From Calditrichia bacterium (GTDB taxonomy: Bacteria; Calditrichota; Calditrichia; RBG-13-44-9), in NCBI GenBank assembly GCA_037381445.1, contig JARRQT010000039.1:2041-35318 (forward strand): a DNA stretch of 33,278 nucleotides, written 5' to 3'. Every line of letters begins with the position of its first letter. Within the stretch, counting starts at the first letter, position 1. Below, piece by piece: positions 8,464 to 17,078 of this stretch. Under the pieces are notes generated by a model, which saw nothing but the letters and a program-made list of their open reading frames with translations, did no database searches and was not told the DNA's origin. The position numbers and the translations under genes were made by a program.

Positions 8464-9093
8464 ATGAGAATGAATCGACTGCTTTATTTTTGCCTGCCAG
8501 CTTTTATGTTCCTGCTTTCCACAGAAAAAGCAAATTGCCAAAGTATTATTGGTTCCGCCCACGATTTTTCATCCGAAACCTGGAACACCACGGGACAAGT
8601 CTGCATTGTTTGTCATGCCCCCCACAATACAGAGGTCGCTGTGACTGATGCGCCGCTGTGGAATCATCAATCCTCCGTCGCAGCTTTCAGCCCCTACAGC
8701 AGCGCGACATTGAACGCGGTGGTCGGGCAGCCGGATGCTTCGTCAAAATTATGCCTGAGCTGTCATGATGGGACTGTGGCCGTCGATAATTTTGGCGGGA
8801 CCACTTCTGGCACCTATTTTATCAGCGGACGGACTCTGATTGGAACGGATCTGCGGGATGATCACCCGGTCTCTTTTACCTATGACGCTGCATTGGCACT
8901 GGATGATGGCGAACTCGCCGATCCGACAACCGCCAATTCAGGTTTGGGCGGAACGATTGATGAAGATATGCTTATCGGCCATCAGGTTCAATGTGCATCG
9001 TGCCACGATGTACACAACAGCAGCGGCATTGATAAACTGCTGAAAAAATCAAATGCCCAGAGCGCACTTTGTCTGACCTGCCATGTCAAATAA
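8464..9093 (+). CDS. Tetraheme c-type cytochrome, OmcE-like (cytochrome nanowire subunit family)
   Basis: Signal peptide; 4 CxxCH (CIVCH, CLSCH, CASCH, CLTCH). Signature order HDFS, CxxCHxPHN, PLWN, CLSCHDG, GTDLRDDHPVSF, CxSCHDVH, LCxxCHxK-stop matches Geobacter OmcE as recalled. Strong SD AAGGAG at 8453. Confidence 0.85.
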   Translation: MRMNRLLYFCLPAFMFLLSTEKANCQSIIGSAHDFSSETWNTTGQVCIVCHAPHNTEVAVTDAPLWNHQSSVAAFSPYSSATLNAVVGQPDASSKLCLSCHDGTVAVDNFGGTTSGTYFISGRTLIGTDLRDDHPVSFTYDAALALDDGELADPTTANSGLGGTIDEDMLIGHQVQCASCHDVHNSSGIDKLLKKSNAQSALCLTCHVK

Positions 9094-9151
9094 TGGCGTT
9101 TGATGCAATATTACTGCACTCTAATTCAGAATAGCCGGAGAATAAAAGGAA

Positions 9152-10222
9152 ATGGCTGCAAGGAAAAAATTTGTCTTTTTTGTGATCTTATTTTCAGTAT
9201 GCTGTGCCAATCTACTGCTGGCGGGAGGGAAGCAGCCCCGGCAAAGGCCCGAGGCTGTCATCTTTCCTCCTCCGCCTGATACGACCCGCATTCAGTTTCT
9301 GACGCGGATCAGCACTTCCGCGGACGTGACCGGCAGACGCAGCGGATTTCTGAGATACATTATGGGGGAGGAAAAAGAACGCCCCATTATCAAGCCCTAC
9401 GGCCTCGCAGCTTTTCGGGGGAAAATTTATATCTGTGACACCATTCTCGGCGGACTTGAAATTATCGATCTGAAATCCAAAACATTTGAATATTTTACCC
9501 CCGAAGGCCGCGGAAAGCTTCGCAAACCCATAAACTGCGCGGTTGACGACCGGGGGGATCTGTATGTAGCCGACTCGGAAAGAAGACAGGTTGTGGTTTT
9601 TGACAGCAACGGTAACTATCACAGCAGTTTCGGCAATCCGGATTCGCTGAAACCAACAGATGTTTTCATTACACCGGGCACGGTATGGGTCTGCGATATC
9701 CTGGCAAAGAAAATCCGGGCGTATGATCAAAACAGCTATCGCCCCCTCATGTCATTTCCCCATGCGGCTGCGGGCGAATCAGGCTATCTGTTTTCTCCAA
9801 CCAATCTTTATGTCAGAAATGACCGCATATATGTCAGTGATTTTGGGGACTTCAAAATCAAGATTTTTAATATTGAAGGCAAATATCTGAAATCCATCGG
9901 AAGTTACGGCCGGAACGTCGGGCAGTTCGTACGTCCCAAGGGCATCGCAGTGGATGAGGAGGACAATCTCTTTGTGGCGGATGCCGGTTTTGAAAATGTC
10001 CAGATATTTAATTCCCGGGGAAAAATATTGATGTTTTTCGGCGGAAGCTATAAAGGTCCGGGCAACATGTGGCTGCCCGCCAAAGTGGTGATTGACTATG
10101 AAAATACAGATTTCTTCAGAGAATTTGTTGATCCCGCTTTCAACTTAAAATATCTCATCTATGTCACAAACCAGTACGGACCGGACAAAATCAGCGTATA
10201 CGGATTTGTTGAACCCAGGTGA
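9152..10222 (+). CDS. Secreted NHL-repeat six-bladed beta-propeller protein
   Basis: Signal peptide, FPPPPDTTRIQFL, and repeats KPYGLA, KPINCAVD, KPTDV, SPTNL, GQFVRPKGIAVD, GNMWLPAKV. Confidence 0.9.
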   Translation: MAARKKFVFFVILFSVCCANLLLAGGKQPRQRPEAVIFPPPPDTTRIQFLTRISTSADVTGRRSGFLRYIMGEEKERPIIKPYGLAAFRGKIYICDTILGGLEIIDLKSKTFEYFTPEGRGKLRKPINCAVDDRGDLYVADSERRQVVVFDSNGNYHSSFGNPDSLKPTDVFITPGTVWVCDILAKKIRAYDQNSYRPLMSFPHAAAGESGYLFSPTNLYVRNDRIYVSDFGDFKIKIFNIEGKYLKSIGSYGRNVGQFVRPKGIAVDEEDNLFVADAGFENVQIFNSRGKILMFFGGSYKGPGNMWLPAKVVIDYENTDFFREFVDPAFNLKYLIYVTNQYGPDKISVYGFVEPR

Positions 10223-10256
10223 GATTAAAACTGTGATTTTTGCGGGCAGGTGCAAA

Positions 10257-10820
10257 ATGGGTCTTCATTTTTTGAAATTTTTATTCCCGTTATGTTTGCT
10301 GGTTTTCACCGCATGCGCATCGTCGGGAAATTATAAAATTCTGTCTTTTTTCTTCGACGGCGTGGAAAATAAAAGTGAAATCAAAAATCAGCCGGCGGAT
10401 TCCCTGAAGGCCGAATCCGCGCTGCAGCAGTCGGCGCAGGGATTGAAAACGGCATCGGGGCCCGGGTATTTCTACCACGCTGTGTATCAGGAACGGGCCT
10501 GCGGTTCCTGTCATGATAGCGAAAATGGCTACAAATTATTGGAACCTGTGCCGGACCTGTGTTATGAATGCCATGAAAACTTCAGCGACAAATACAGTTA
10601 TTTGCACGCTCCGGTAGAAGCCGGAGAGTGCACGACCTGCCATCATCCCCACTTTTCTCGAAATGACCATCTGCTGGTTCGGACGGGACAAGATTTATGC
10701 TTTTCCTGCCATGCCAGCGAGGACATTCTGGGGAGTGAAACCCATTCCGAAATTGGGGAAACAGTCTGCACGGAGTGCCATAATGCCCACGGGGGCGAGG
10801 ATGAAACACTTTTCAATTAA
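10257..10820 (+). CDS. Pentaheme c-type cytochrome lipoprotein
   Basis: Likely start ATG 10257; lipobox-like VFTA-C; LSFFFDGV segment; CGSCH, CYECH, CTTCH, CFSCH, CTECH. Confidence 0.85.
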   Translation: MGLHFLKFLFPLCLLVFTACASSGNYKILSFFFDGVENKSEIKNQPADSLKAESALQQSAQGLKTASGPGYFYHAVYQERACGSCHDSENGYKLLEPVPDLCYECHENFSDKYSYLHAPVEAGECTTCHHPHFSRNDHLLVRTGQDLCFSCHASEDILGSETHSEIGETVCTECHNAHGGEDETLFN

Positions 10821-10860
10821 CGAAAAACTGCATATACAGGGAACGGTTTTTCTGATTACC

Positions 10861-12825
10861 ATGAAAATTGAACACAAAATTATATTTGTTCTTTTCGTAT
10901 TGTCCTCCTTGAGCATGGAAAGCATGGCGGAGATAAACGGTTTCGGCGGGAGTTTCTGGAATCAACAGTCTCTGAATGGGGCAGTCATTCTGGAAGGAAG
11001 ATACCGCAGCCTGAAAACAGTGCTGGAAAACAGGTTCGATGAATTCCAGAAAACTGCTATAGCCACCGGACGTCTGCTGCTCCGCTCCAGAAGTTATATC
11101 TGGCATCCCAACTTCATGCTGCTGAATATTGATCTTGATTACCAGCCTGGCAACCGCCGCGATAACTACCTGGTCATTCCGGACCGCTCGGAAACGCAGA
11201 TTGCGGAGCGAGGACATATTGAGGCCGCTTTTTTTGATCAGCGTCCCCTCTCTGTGGTGCTCTTTTCAAACCTGAATCATAGTTATATCAACCGTGAGTT
11301 GTTAACAAATATCGAAACGTACAAAACCGATTTTGGCGGAATGCTGCGTTTCCGGAATCGCAGTTTTCCTTCTTCGCTTCGCTATCTGCAGGAACGGTGG
11401 AGCCAAAAAGAGCTTGCAACCGGCCGGCAATTCAGGAACCGGCGGAAAAATCTGACCTGTAATGTTAGTCAATCATTTTCTTCGCGGGATGCCCATCAAT
11501 TATTGTTTGCCTGGGATGATTATCGCAGAGATTACGGATCGGGCCAATTCATCGAAAACAAGGTATCCAGCATTAATTTGAGGGATAATTTTTTCTTTGA
11601 TAAAGAACAGAGCAGCAGCCTGAATTCGCTGGTCTGGTATTATCATCAAACCGGAAATGAGCAACTTAACAGGTTCCAGTTGTTCGAAAATGTCGGTGTC
11701 CGTCTGCCCAAAAATTTCAGATTTCTGGGGAATTACCAGTATGCAAGGTTCAGCCAACCGACACTGTCCTCTAACCGGCACAATTTCAACAGCCGGCTGG
11801 AGCATCAATTGTTTTTAAGCCTGCGCAGCATGATTTTCTATGAGTATTCATTTTTACGGCAATCGCATTTCAGCGAACTGAATAATACCGTGGGTTTGGG
11901 TCTGAAGTACCGCAAAAAAATACCATACGGCATATTCATGCTGAATTATGAATTCAGAAGGCGCCACCAGAACCGCTCCAGCCGTCCCGGTGTCTTGACC
12001 ATAGTCAATGAAGAGCATCGACTGGAGGATGCGGCCGTAATTCTGCTGGACAATCCGTTTGTCATCGCCGGCAGCGTTGTCGTGCATGACGCCACCGGAA
12101 CAATTATTTATCAGGAAAATCTGGACTATGTTCTGATTCAGCAGGGAAATTTTCTGGAAATTCAGAGATTGCCGGGCGGGGAGATACCGGCCGGCGCCGC
12201 CATTTTCATAAATTATACAGCCGAGCAGCAGCTATCCTTTCAATTTAACAGCTTTGGAAATAACGTTGGCACAAACGTCTCTTTGTTCAACCAGTTAATG
12301 GAATTTTATTTCACCTTTTTTAACCAGGACAACAGCAATTATTCTCTGCCGGAGAGCCGGATATTGAAATACATTACCCGCCGCGTATATGGCATTCGGA
12401 GTTCCTATAGTTTTATTTCCGCGGGATTTGAATTTGATGATTATAACAGCAACATTATCCCCTACGAATCAAAACGTTTCTATATCGCCGTGAGCGGTCA
12501 ATTGGCAGAGAGGGTGGATGCGGTCATCACAGGAAATTACAGGGACTACCTTCTGAATGCGGACAATGAAAGGCAAAAATTTTCGGACTTTTCGGGAAGG
12601 GTAAATTACCGGATTTTTCAGAATTCGCGATTCAGCATGGAAGGGGGATACCGTATCCAGAACGGCCGCGGCATCGACCTGAAGTTATCCACCTTCCGCG
12701 GTGAATTTTCAACGCTTTACCGCAGGATTATTCTGACCCTTGGCTATGAAACCTACTTCCGCAAATTTTCAGATGAGAGAAGAAACTTCAACGGCACTTT
12801 TCTGCGAATCCAACGGCAATTCTGA
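10861..12825 (+). CDS. Large outer-membrane beta-barrel protein (porin-like) with inserted soluble domain
   Basis: Likely start ATG 10861 with signal peptide. Alternating aromatic/polar beta-strand pattern throughout; C-terminal FLRIQRQF BAM-type beta-signal. Confidence 0.75.
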   Translation: MKIEHKIIFVLFVLSSLSMESMAEINGFGGSFWNQQSLNGAVILEGRYRSLKTVLENRFDEFQKTAIATGRLLLRSRSYIWHPNFMLLNIDLDYQPGNRRDNYLVIPDRSETQIAERGHIEAAFFDQRPLSVVLFSNLNHSYINRELLTNIETYKTDFGGMLRFRNRSFPSSLRYLQERWSQKELATGRQFRNRRKNLTCNVSQSFSSRDAHQLLFAWDDYRRDYGSGQFIENKVSSINLRDNFFFDKEQSSSLNSLVWYYHQTGNEQLNRFQLFENVGVRLPKNFRFLGNYQYARFSQPTLSSNRHNFNSRLEHQLFLSLRSMIFYEYSFLRQSHFSELNNTVGLGLKYRKKIPYGIFMLNYEFRRRHQNRSSRPGVLTIVNEEHRLEDAAVILLDNPFVIAGSVVVHDATGTIIYQENLDYVLIQQGNFLEIQRLPGGEIPAGAAIFINYTAEQQLSFQFNSFGNNVGTNVSLFNQLMEFYFTFFNQDNSNYSLPESRILKYITRRVYGIRSSYSFISAGFEFDDYNSNIIPYESKRFYIAVSGQLAERVDAVITGNYRDYLLNADNERQKFSDFSGRVNYRIFQNSRFSMEGGYRIQNGRGIDLKLSTFRGEFSTLYRRIILTLGYETYFRKFSDERRNFNGTFLRIQRQF

Positions 12826-12894
12826 TTTTAATTCTATTCAAATTGCAGCTAAAGTCTGCTGCTGATATTTTAGCTTGTGGTTTAGGAAAAACTA

Positions 12895-15800
12895 TTATCT
12901 TAATAGAATCATTTTCTTTGCTTCAGCAAAGTTGCTCCCAATCTTTATGGAATAAAAATAAATTCCCGAAGAAAGCGAGGCGGCATCAAAATGTATGCTG
13001 TATTGCCCCGGCTGCTGATAACTGTCAACCAATGATTTTATCATCCTTCCTCCAAGGTCGTAGATTTTTAGTTCGACCCTAGCCGCCTGCTTAACATCAT
13101 AGGATATGGTGGTTGTGGGATTAAATGGATTGGGATAATTTTGATACAGGCAAAAGTCCCGGATCAATTTATCATTTCCGGTTTCTATTCCGGTAACGAC
13201 CTCCTGCTCCCGGCTGAAAAGGGAGCCGCAGAAATTATTGTCGATACTCTGAATGCTCCAGTAGACCGGCCCGTCGGGCACATCCTTAATCACCCACTGT
13301 TTGTTATGATTAACATTCCCAAGCTTTGGTTGATTCAGAACCCCAGTCTCGGGATTCGACATTGCCGATTTTATCTCCTGTCCACCCGGCGTTGTGCCAA
13401 TCCGCAGGTTATAGGTCAGGGCGGCGCGTTCGGTTTCCTTATCCGAACCATCACCCCAGGTGAAGACCAGATCGTTCTCCTGCCAGGATGCGCTCAGATC
13501 CACAGGTGGTTGGGGTGCGGTATTCGCTATATCCATACCATTTTTGAAGATATGTGTTTGCGGGCCATAGAAAAAATTCATGCCGGTTATCATGAAATCC
13601 AAATCACCATCATTGTCGTAGTCCGCCCAGGCAATTGAACCATGTTCGATTCCTGTAAAATCAACGCCAATATCAACAAAACTTCCCTTGTAATTTTCGT
13701 AGATGCCAGCGTAAAAGCATGAATCCCGGTCACTGTAACCGGTCATGAGCACATCAAAATCGCCATCGTTATCATAATCGCCCCATACAACATTGCCACC
13801 GCTCACCGGCTGCAGTGCCGCGAGGATATCGGTAAAAGAGCCGTTATCATTATTATATATTTTTGTGACCGGTCCGGCGTTCGCCCGCCCGCTTAAAATG
13901 ACATCCAAATCTCCATCGTTATCATAATCGCCAAAGCTGGTGGCTGAAAAAGAAACCGGCTCAAAGATATTATCAGAAAGGACAAATGAACTGTCTGAAT
14001 TTATGTAAAGTGACGCGATTCTACCGTTCATAGTCTCTCCTGAAATTAGTAAATCCAGGTCTCCATCATTATCATAATCCCCCCAGGCAACGTCACCATA
14101 ATCAACGCCTGGCAGCGAAATACCGGACTCCACAAAGGAAGTGCTGTCGTTCCTGTATATTTTTGTGGCCGGGCCACCGGCAGCAAACCCACTAATGACC
14201 ACATCGAGATCTCCATCATTGTCATAGTCGCCCCAATCGGCGGCACCGCCAAAAACGTTCATAAAATTCTGACCACTATTGACGAAATGCCCTTCGTCAT
14301 TTCTGTAAAGAATTGTGGTGTCTCCAAGATCACTGAAGCCGGCAATCAACAGGTCCAGATCATTATCGTTGTCGTAATCGCCCCATTCGCACAACCCCCA
14401 GTTACCCCCAATAATACCGGTCTGAAGCGCTTCAAATGTGCCTTCATCATTACGGTAAATATCGGCTACCAGCCTGGTAGTATAATCGCTGGAACCCGAA
14501 TACGCCAGGTCCAGGTCGCCGTCATTATCATAATCCCCCCAGGCAATGCAGCTTTGAATCAGCGTTGGCAAATTGCTGGATGCTTCTTCAAAAACGGTTT
14601 TCTCAGGCAAATTGATAATCCATATGATGAAAGTCGTATCTACAAAGCCGCTGAATTTATCAAATGCCGAGACCTGAATTTTCACTTCGCCGGTATCTAC
14701 CGGCAGTACACTCAGATGATATTCATCGAGCAGAACCTTTGCCTTGCTTGTGTCTTCGGACAATGCTGTTATCTGCAAATCATTGCCTTCGGGATCGTTA
14801 AAGATCCGCGGGCTTGATAAGAGGTTTCGCTGAAACACATCCCGTCCCAAGACCAGCGCCTGGTTTGGAATAGCATTTTCAACATACGGCTTCTGGTTAT
14901 TTGGATCGAAAAATACGGTAAACTCTCCTGCATCACAAAAAGGCGACCCTGCATAGCCGGCATTTATGGATTGTACACGCCAGTAGTAGGTACCGGGAGA
15001 TAAATTGACGATCTTTTTTTGGCGGGCATAACCGGCATTTCCAGGCCGGGCGACTTTTCGTCTCCCGTTAGTGAGGCTGGCCATCGGACTAACGATATCG
15101 CCCAGTCCGGGCTGTGTCCCAACCATTACATTATACGAATAACTTCCGGAATCCACCTGAACGGAATCCCAGGCCAACACAACCCTATTATTTTCGACCA
15201 GGGCCCACAGGCTGTCGGGGATGTGCAGGTTATGCACGGTATCCGGCAGGGTGGTATTCCTGTAGAGCACACTTTTACCGCTGCCGGTAATAAAAATATC
15301 CAGATCACCGTCACCATCAAAATCAGCAGCCGGTGCAGCACCGGCTCCCACAGCTTGAAACATGAAGTCACTTTTTACAAAATCCTGCCCAGTGTTTATG
15401 TAAAGATTGCTCCGTTGAACATATTGGGTACCATTGCCGGTAATAAAAATATCCGGCAATTCATCATTATTAAAATCTCCCCAGGTGGCATACCCCAGTC
15501 TAAGGTTTTCAAATATTGCCGGGACTTTTGTAAAACCGTCTGAATCGTTTCTATACAATTCCGATACTGGCCCGGATGCGGAACCAGCAAGAAACAGGTC
15601 TGCATAGCCATTCAAATCATAGTCGCCCCAACCAAAGAAACTATCAAGAAAACCGGTAAATTCATGGGCCAGAAAAAATCCTCCGTCCTTATTCTCATAA
15701 AGCTGTGATAGGCTTTGCCCATCCTGATTTTCGCCGGTCAGAAAAATATCAGGATCCGAATCATTATCATAATCGATCCAGTCCGCTTTCCCCCTAGATA

Positions 15801-16389
15801 TACCCGGGAGCGCAATCTCCTTTTTATTAAAGGTGTTATATCCAACATTTTCATAGACATAGGTAAATGTGCCGTCCGGCATTGAGGCACCACAGACCAG
15901 TATATCCAAATCACCATCACAGTCATAATCCCCCCACCTTGCACTCCCTGTATTGAAAGGTCTCAAGACGGCGTTTATATCCACAAAATTGTCATTATCG
16001 TTTCGATATATTTTAGTTATGCCCTGGGTATCATTGATAAATCCGGTTATTATCAGATCCAGATCTCCATCATTATCATAATCACCCCAATCGCACGATC
16101 CGCTGCAGACGTTGAGAATATTGGCATTTATATTTACAAAGACGCTGTCGTCATTCCTGTAGATGATTGATAATGAACGCTCACCGGCATCAATGACAGC
16201 CAGACCCACAACACATAAATCCATGTCTCCATCATTATCATAATCCCCAAATGCCGCGTCCACTCCATAAAAGCCCGGAATATCCACCGGCATTTCTTCG
16301 AATGTCTGCGCATCCAAATTAGGACTCAACAGCGACAGACAGAGTGAAAAGCATAACGTAAGATAAAGGAAATCCTTTTTTGTTTTCAT
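12895..16389 (-). CDS. FG-GAP/VCBS repeat protein (2 x 7 repeats, FN3-like and Ig-like domains) with T9SS C-terminal domain
   Basis: 14 WGDYDNDGDLD-type repeats in two blocks, LSPGTYYWRVQSI, and C-terminal YQNYPNPFNPTTTISY...SGIYFY...KKMILLR. Confidence 0.9.
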   Translation of the reverse strand: MKTKKDFLYLTLCFSLCLSLLSPNLDAQTFEEMPVDIPGFYGVDAAFGDYDNDGDMDLCVVGLAVIDAGERSLSIIYRNDDSVFVNINANILNVCSGSCDWGDYDNDGDLDLIITGFINDTQGITKIYRNDNDNFVDINAVLRPFNTGSARWGDYDCDGDLDILVCGASMPDGTFTYVYENVGYNTFNKKEIALPGISRGKADWIDYDNDSDPDIFLTGENQDGQSLSQLYENKDGGFFLAHEFTGFLDSFFGWGDYDLNGYADLFLAGSASGPVSELYRNDSDGFTKVPAIFENLRLGYATWGDFNNDELPDIFITGNGTQYVQRSNLYINTGQDFVKSDFMFQAVGAGAAPAADFDGDGDLDIFITGSGKSVLYRNTTLPDTVHNLHIPDSLWALVENNRVVLAWDSVQVDSGSYSYNVMVGTQPGLGDIVSPMASLTNGRRKVARPGNAGYARQKKIVNLSPGTYYWRVQSINAGYAGSPFCDAGEFTVFFDPNNQKPYVENAIPNQALVLGRDVFQRNLLSSPRIFNDPEGNDLQITALSEDTSKAKVLLDEYHLSVLPVDTGEVKIQVSAFDKFSGFVDTTFIIWIINLPEKTVFEEASSNLPTLIQSCIAWGDYDNDGDLDLAYSGSSDYTTRLVADIYRNDEGTFEALQTGIIGGNWGLCEWGDYDNDNDLDLLIAGFSDLGDTTILYRNDEGHFVNSGQNFMNVFGGAADWGDYDNDGDLDVVISGFAAGGPATKIYRNDSTSFVESGISLPGVDYGDVAWGDYDNDGDLDLLISGETMNGRIASLYINSDSSFVLSDNIFEPVSFSATSFGDYDNDGDLDVILSGRANAGPVTKIYNNDNGSFTDILAALQPVSGGNVVWGDYDNDGDFDVLMTGYSDRDSCFYAGIYENYKGSFVDIGVDFTGIEHGSIAWADYDNDGDLDFMITGMNFFYGPQTHIFKNGMDIANTAPQPPVDLSASWQENDLVFTWGDGSDKETERAALTYNLRIGTTPGGQEIKSAMSNPETGVLNQPKLGNVNHNKQWVIKDVPDGPVYWSIQSIDNNFCGSLFSREQEVVTGIETGNDKLIRDFCLYQNYPNPFNPTTTISYDVKQAARVELKIYDLGGRMIKSLVDSYQQPGQYSIHFDAASLSSGIYFYSIKIGSNFAEAKKMILLR

Positions 16390-17078
16390 TTTGGGGCTCC
16401 GAAGATTAATTGCAGGATATTTATCAGGATGTCACATGTAATCTTTCCAAGCGACTGACTGGATGCGATTTTATATTAAAATTTAATAATTGCGTGAATT
16501 TGTGCACCCTTTCCATGGTGACATCTTGAATATATTTTTTCAAACACTAACAATCAATAGGAAAGATATTTTTCGAGAATAATCACTTATTGCAGCAATG
16601 AGCCTGAGGCTTCCCCATACTTAATCTTGAGAAACAGTTTTGAGAAGCCATACATGTAAGAGTGAATCATTGTTATTCCAAATATCTTTCCCAAGCATCT
16701 GCTCATTCTTAAAGCGGGCAAAGTTAAAGCATAATAATGCAGCCGTGGGGAGAGAAGCCTTACTTTATGTGCATGTTATGCTTAATTCTCGAAAACAATG
16801 GGCCCGGAGCAGCGTCATTGCGGGACATTATGAAAATTGGGAGTAGTTTCGGAATCTTGACAAACACCAATCGGCTCTTGGCCTGTTCTGGTTTTCATTT
16901 TTCTTCAAAAATATGTCCGTTCCAACGATAAGAGGACTTGCCTAAAACTCCCATATATTTCCTGCTGTTTACTCTTCCTCCATGCAACATATGCTTGTGC
17001 AGATATATTTGGCGGTGAAATGCAATAATGCTGCAAATCTGCTCATTAATTTGAGACCTATGCTACGGGCTGATCTGT

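Noticed and set aside
10161..10256. ORF-track N-terminal extension of the pentaheme protein
   Set aside because: It overlaps the upstream NHL gene; the lipoprotein signal begins at ATG 10257.
10663..10860. ORF-track N-terminal extension of the barrel
   Set aside because: It overlaps the pentaheme gene; the signal peptide begins at ATG 10861.
6662..12825. Naming the cluster mtrCAB or extABCD
   Set aside because: Heme counts and motifs do not fit decaheme MtrA/MtrC, and orthology to Ext proteins cannot be established without a search.
12847..12875. AGCTAAA/TTTAGCT inverted repeat between convergent genes as a terminator
   Set aside because: Short AT-rich stem with a long loop; too weak to call.
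13141..15543. Long antisense ORFs (165-176 aa) opposite the FG-GAP gene, and similar ones opposite other genes (e.g. 21391-22068, 28662-29192)
   Set aside because: Shadow ORFs of well-supported genes with no recognisable motifs.
13600..16250. Recurring DNA motif like CCATCATTATCATAATCGCCCCA as a possible CRISPR or tandem repeat
   Set aside because: These are the codons of the WGDYDNDGD protein repeats; they are degenerate and in frame.
16390..17078. Long intergenic region with short ORFs (16640-16846, 16737-16931)
   Set aside because: No recognisable protein motif, RNA family or terminal repeats; a degraded gene remnant can be neither excluded nor supported.
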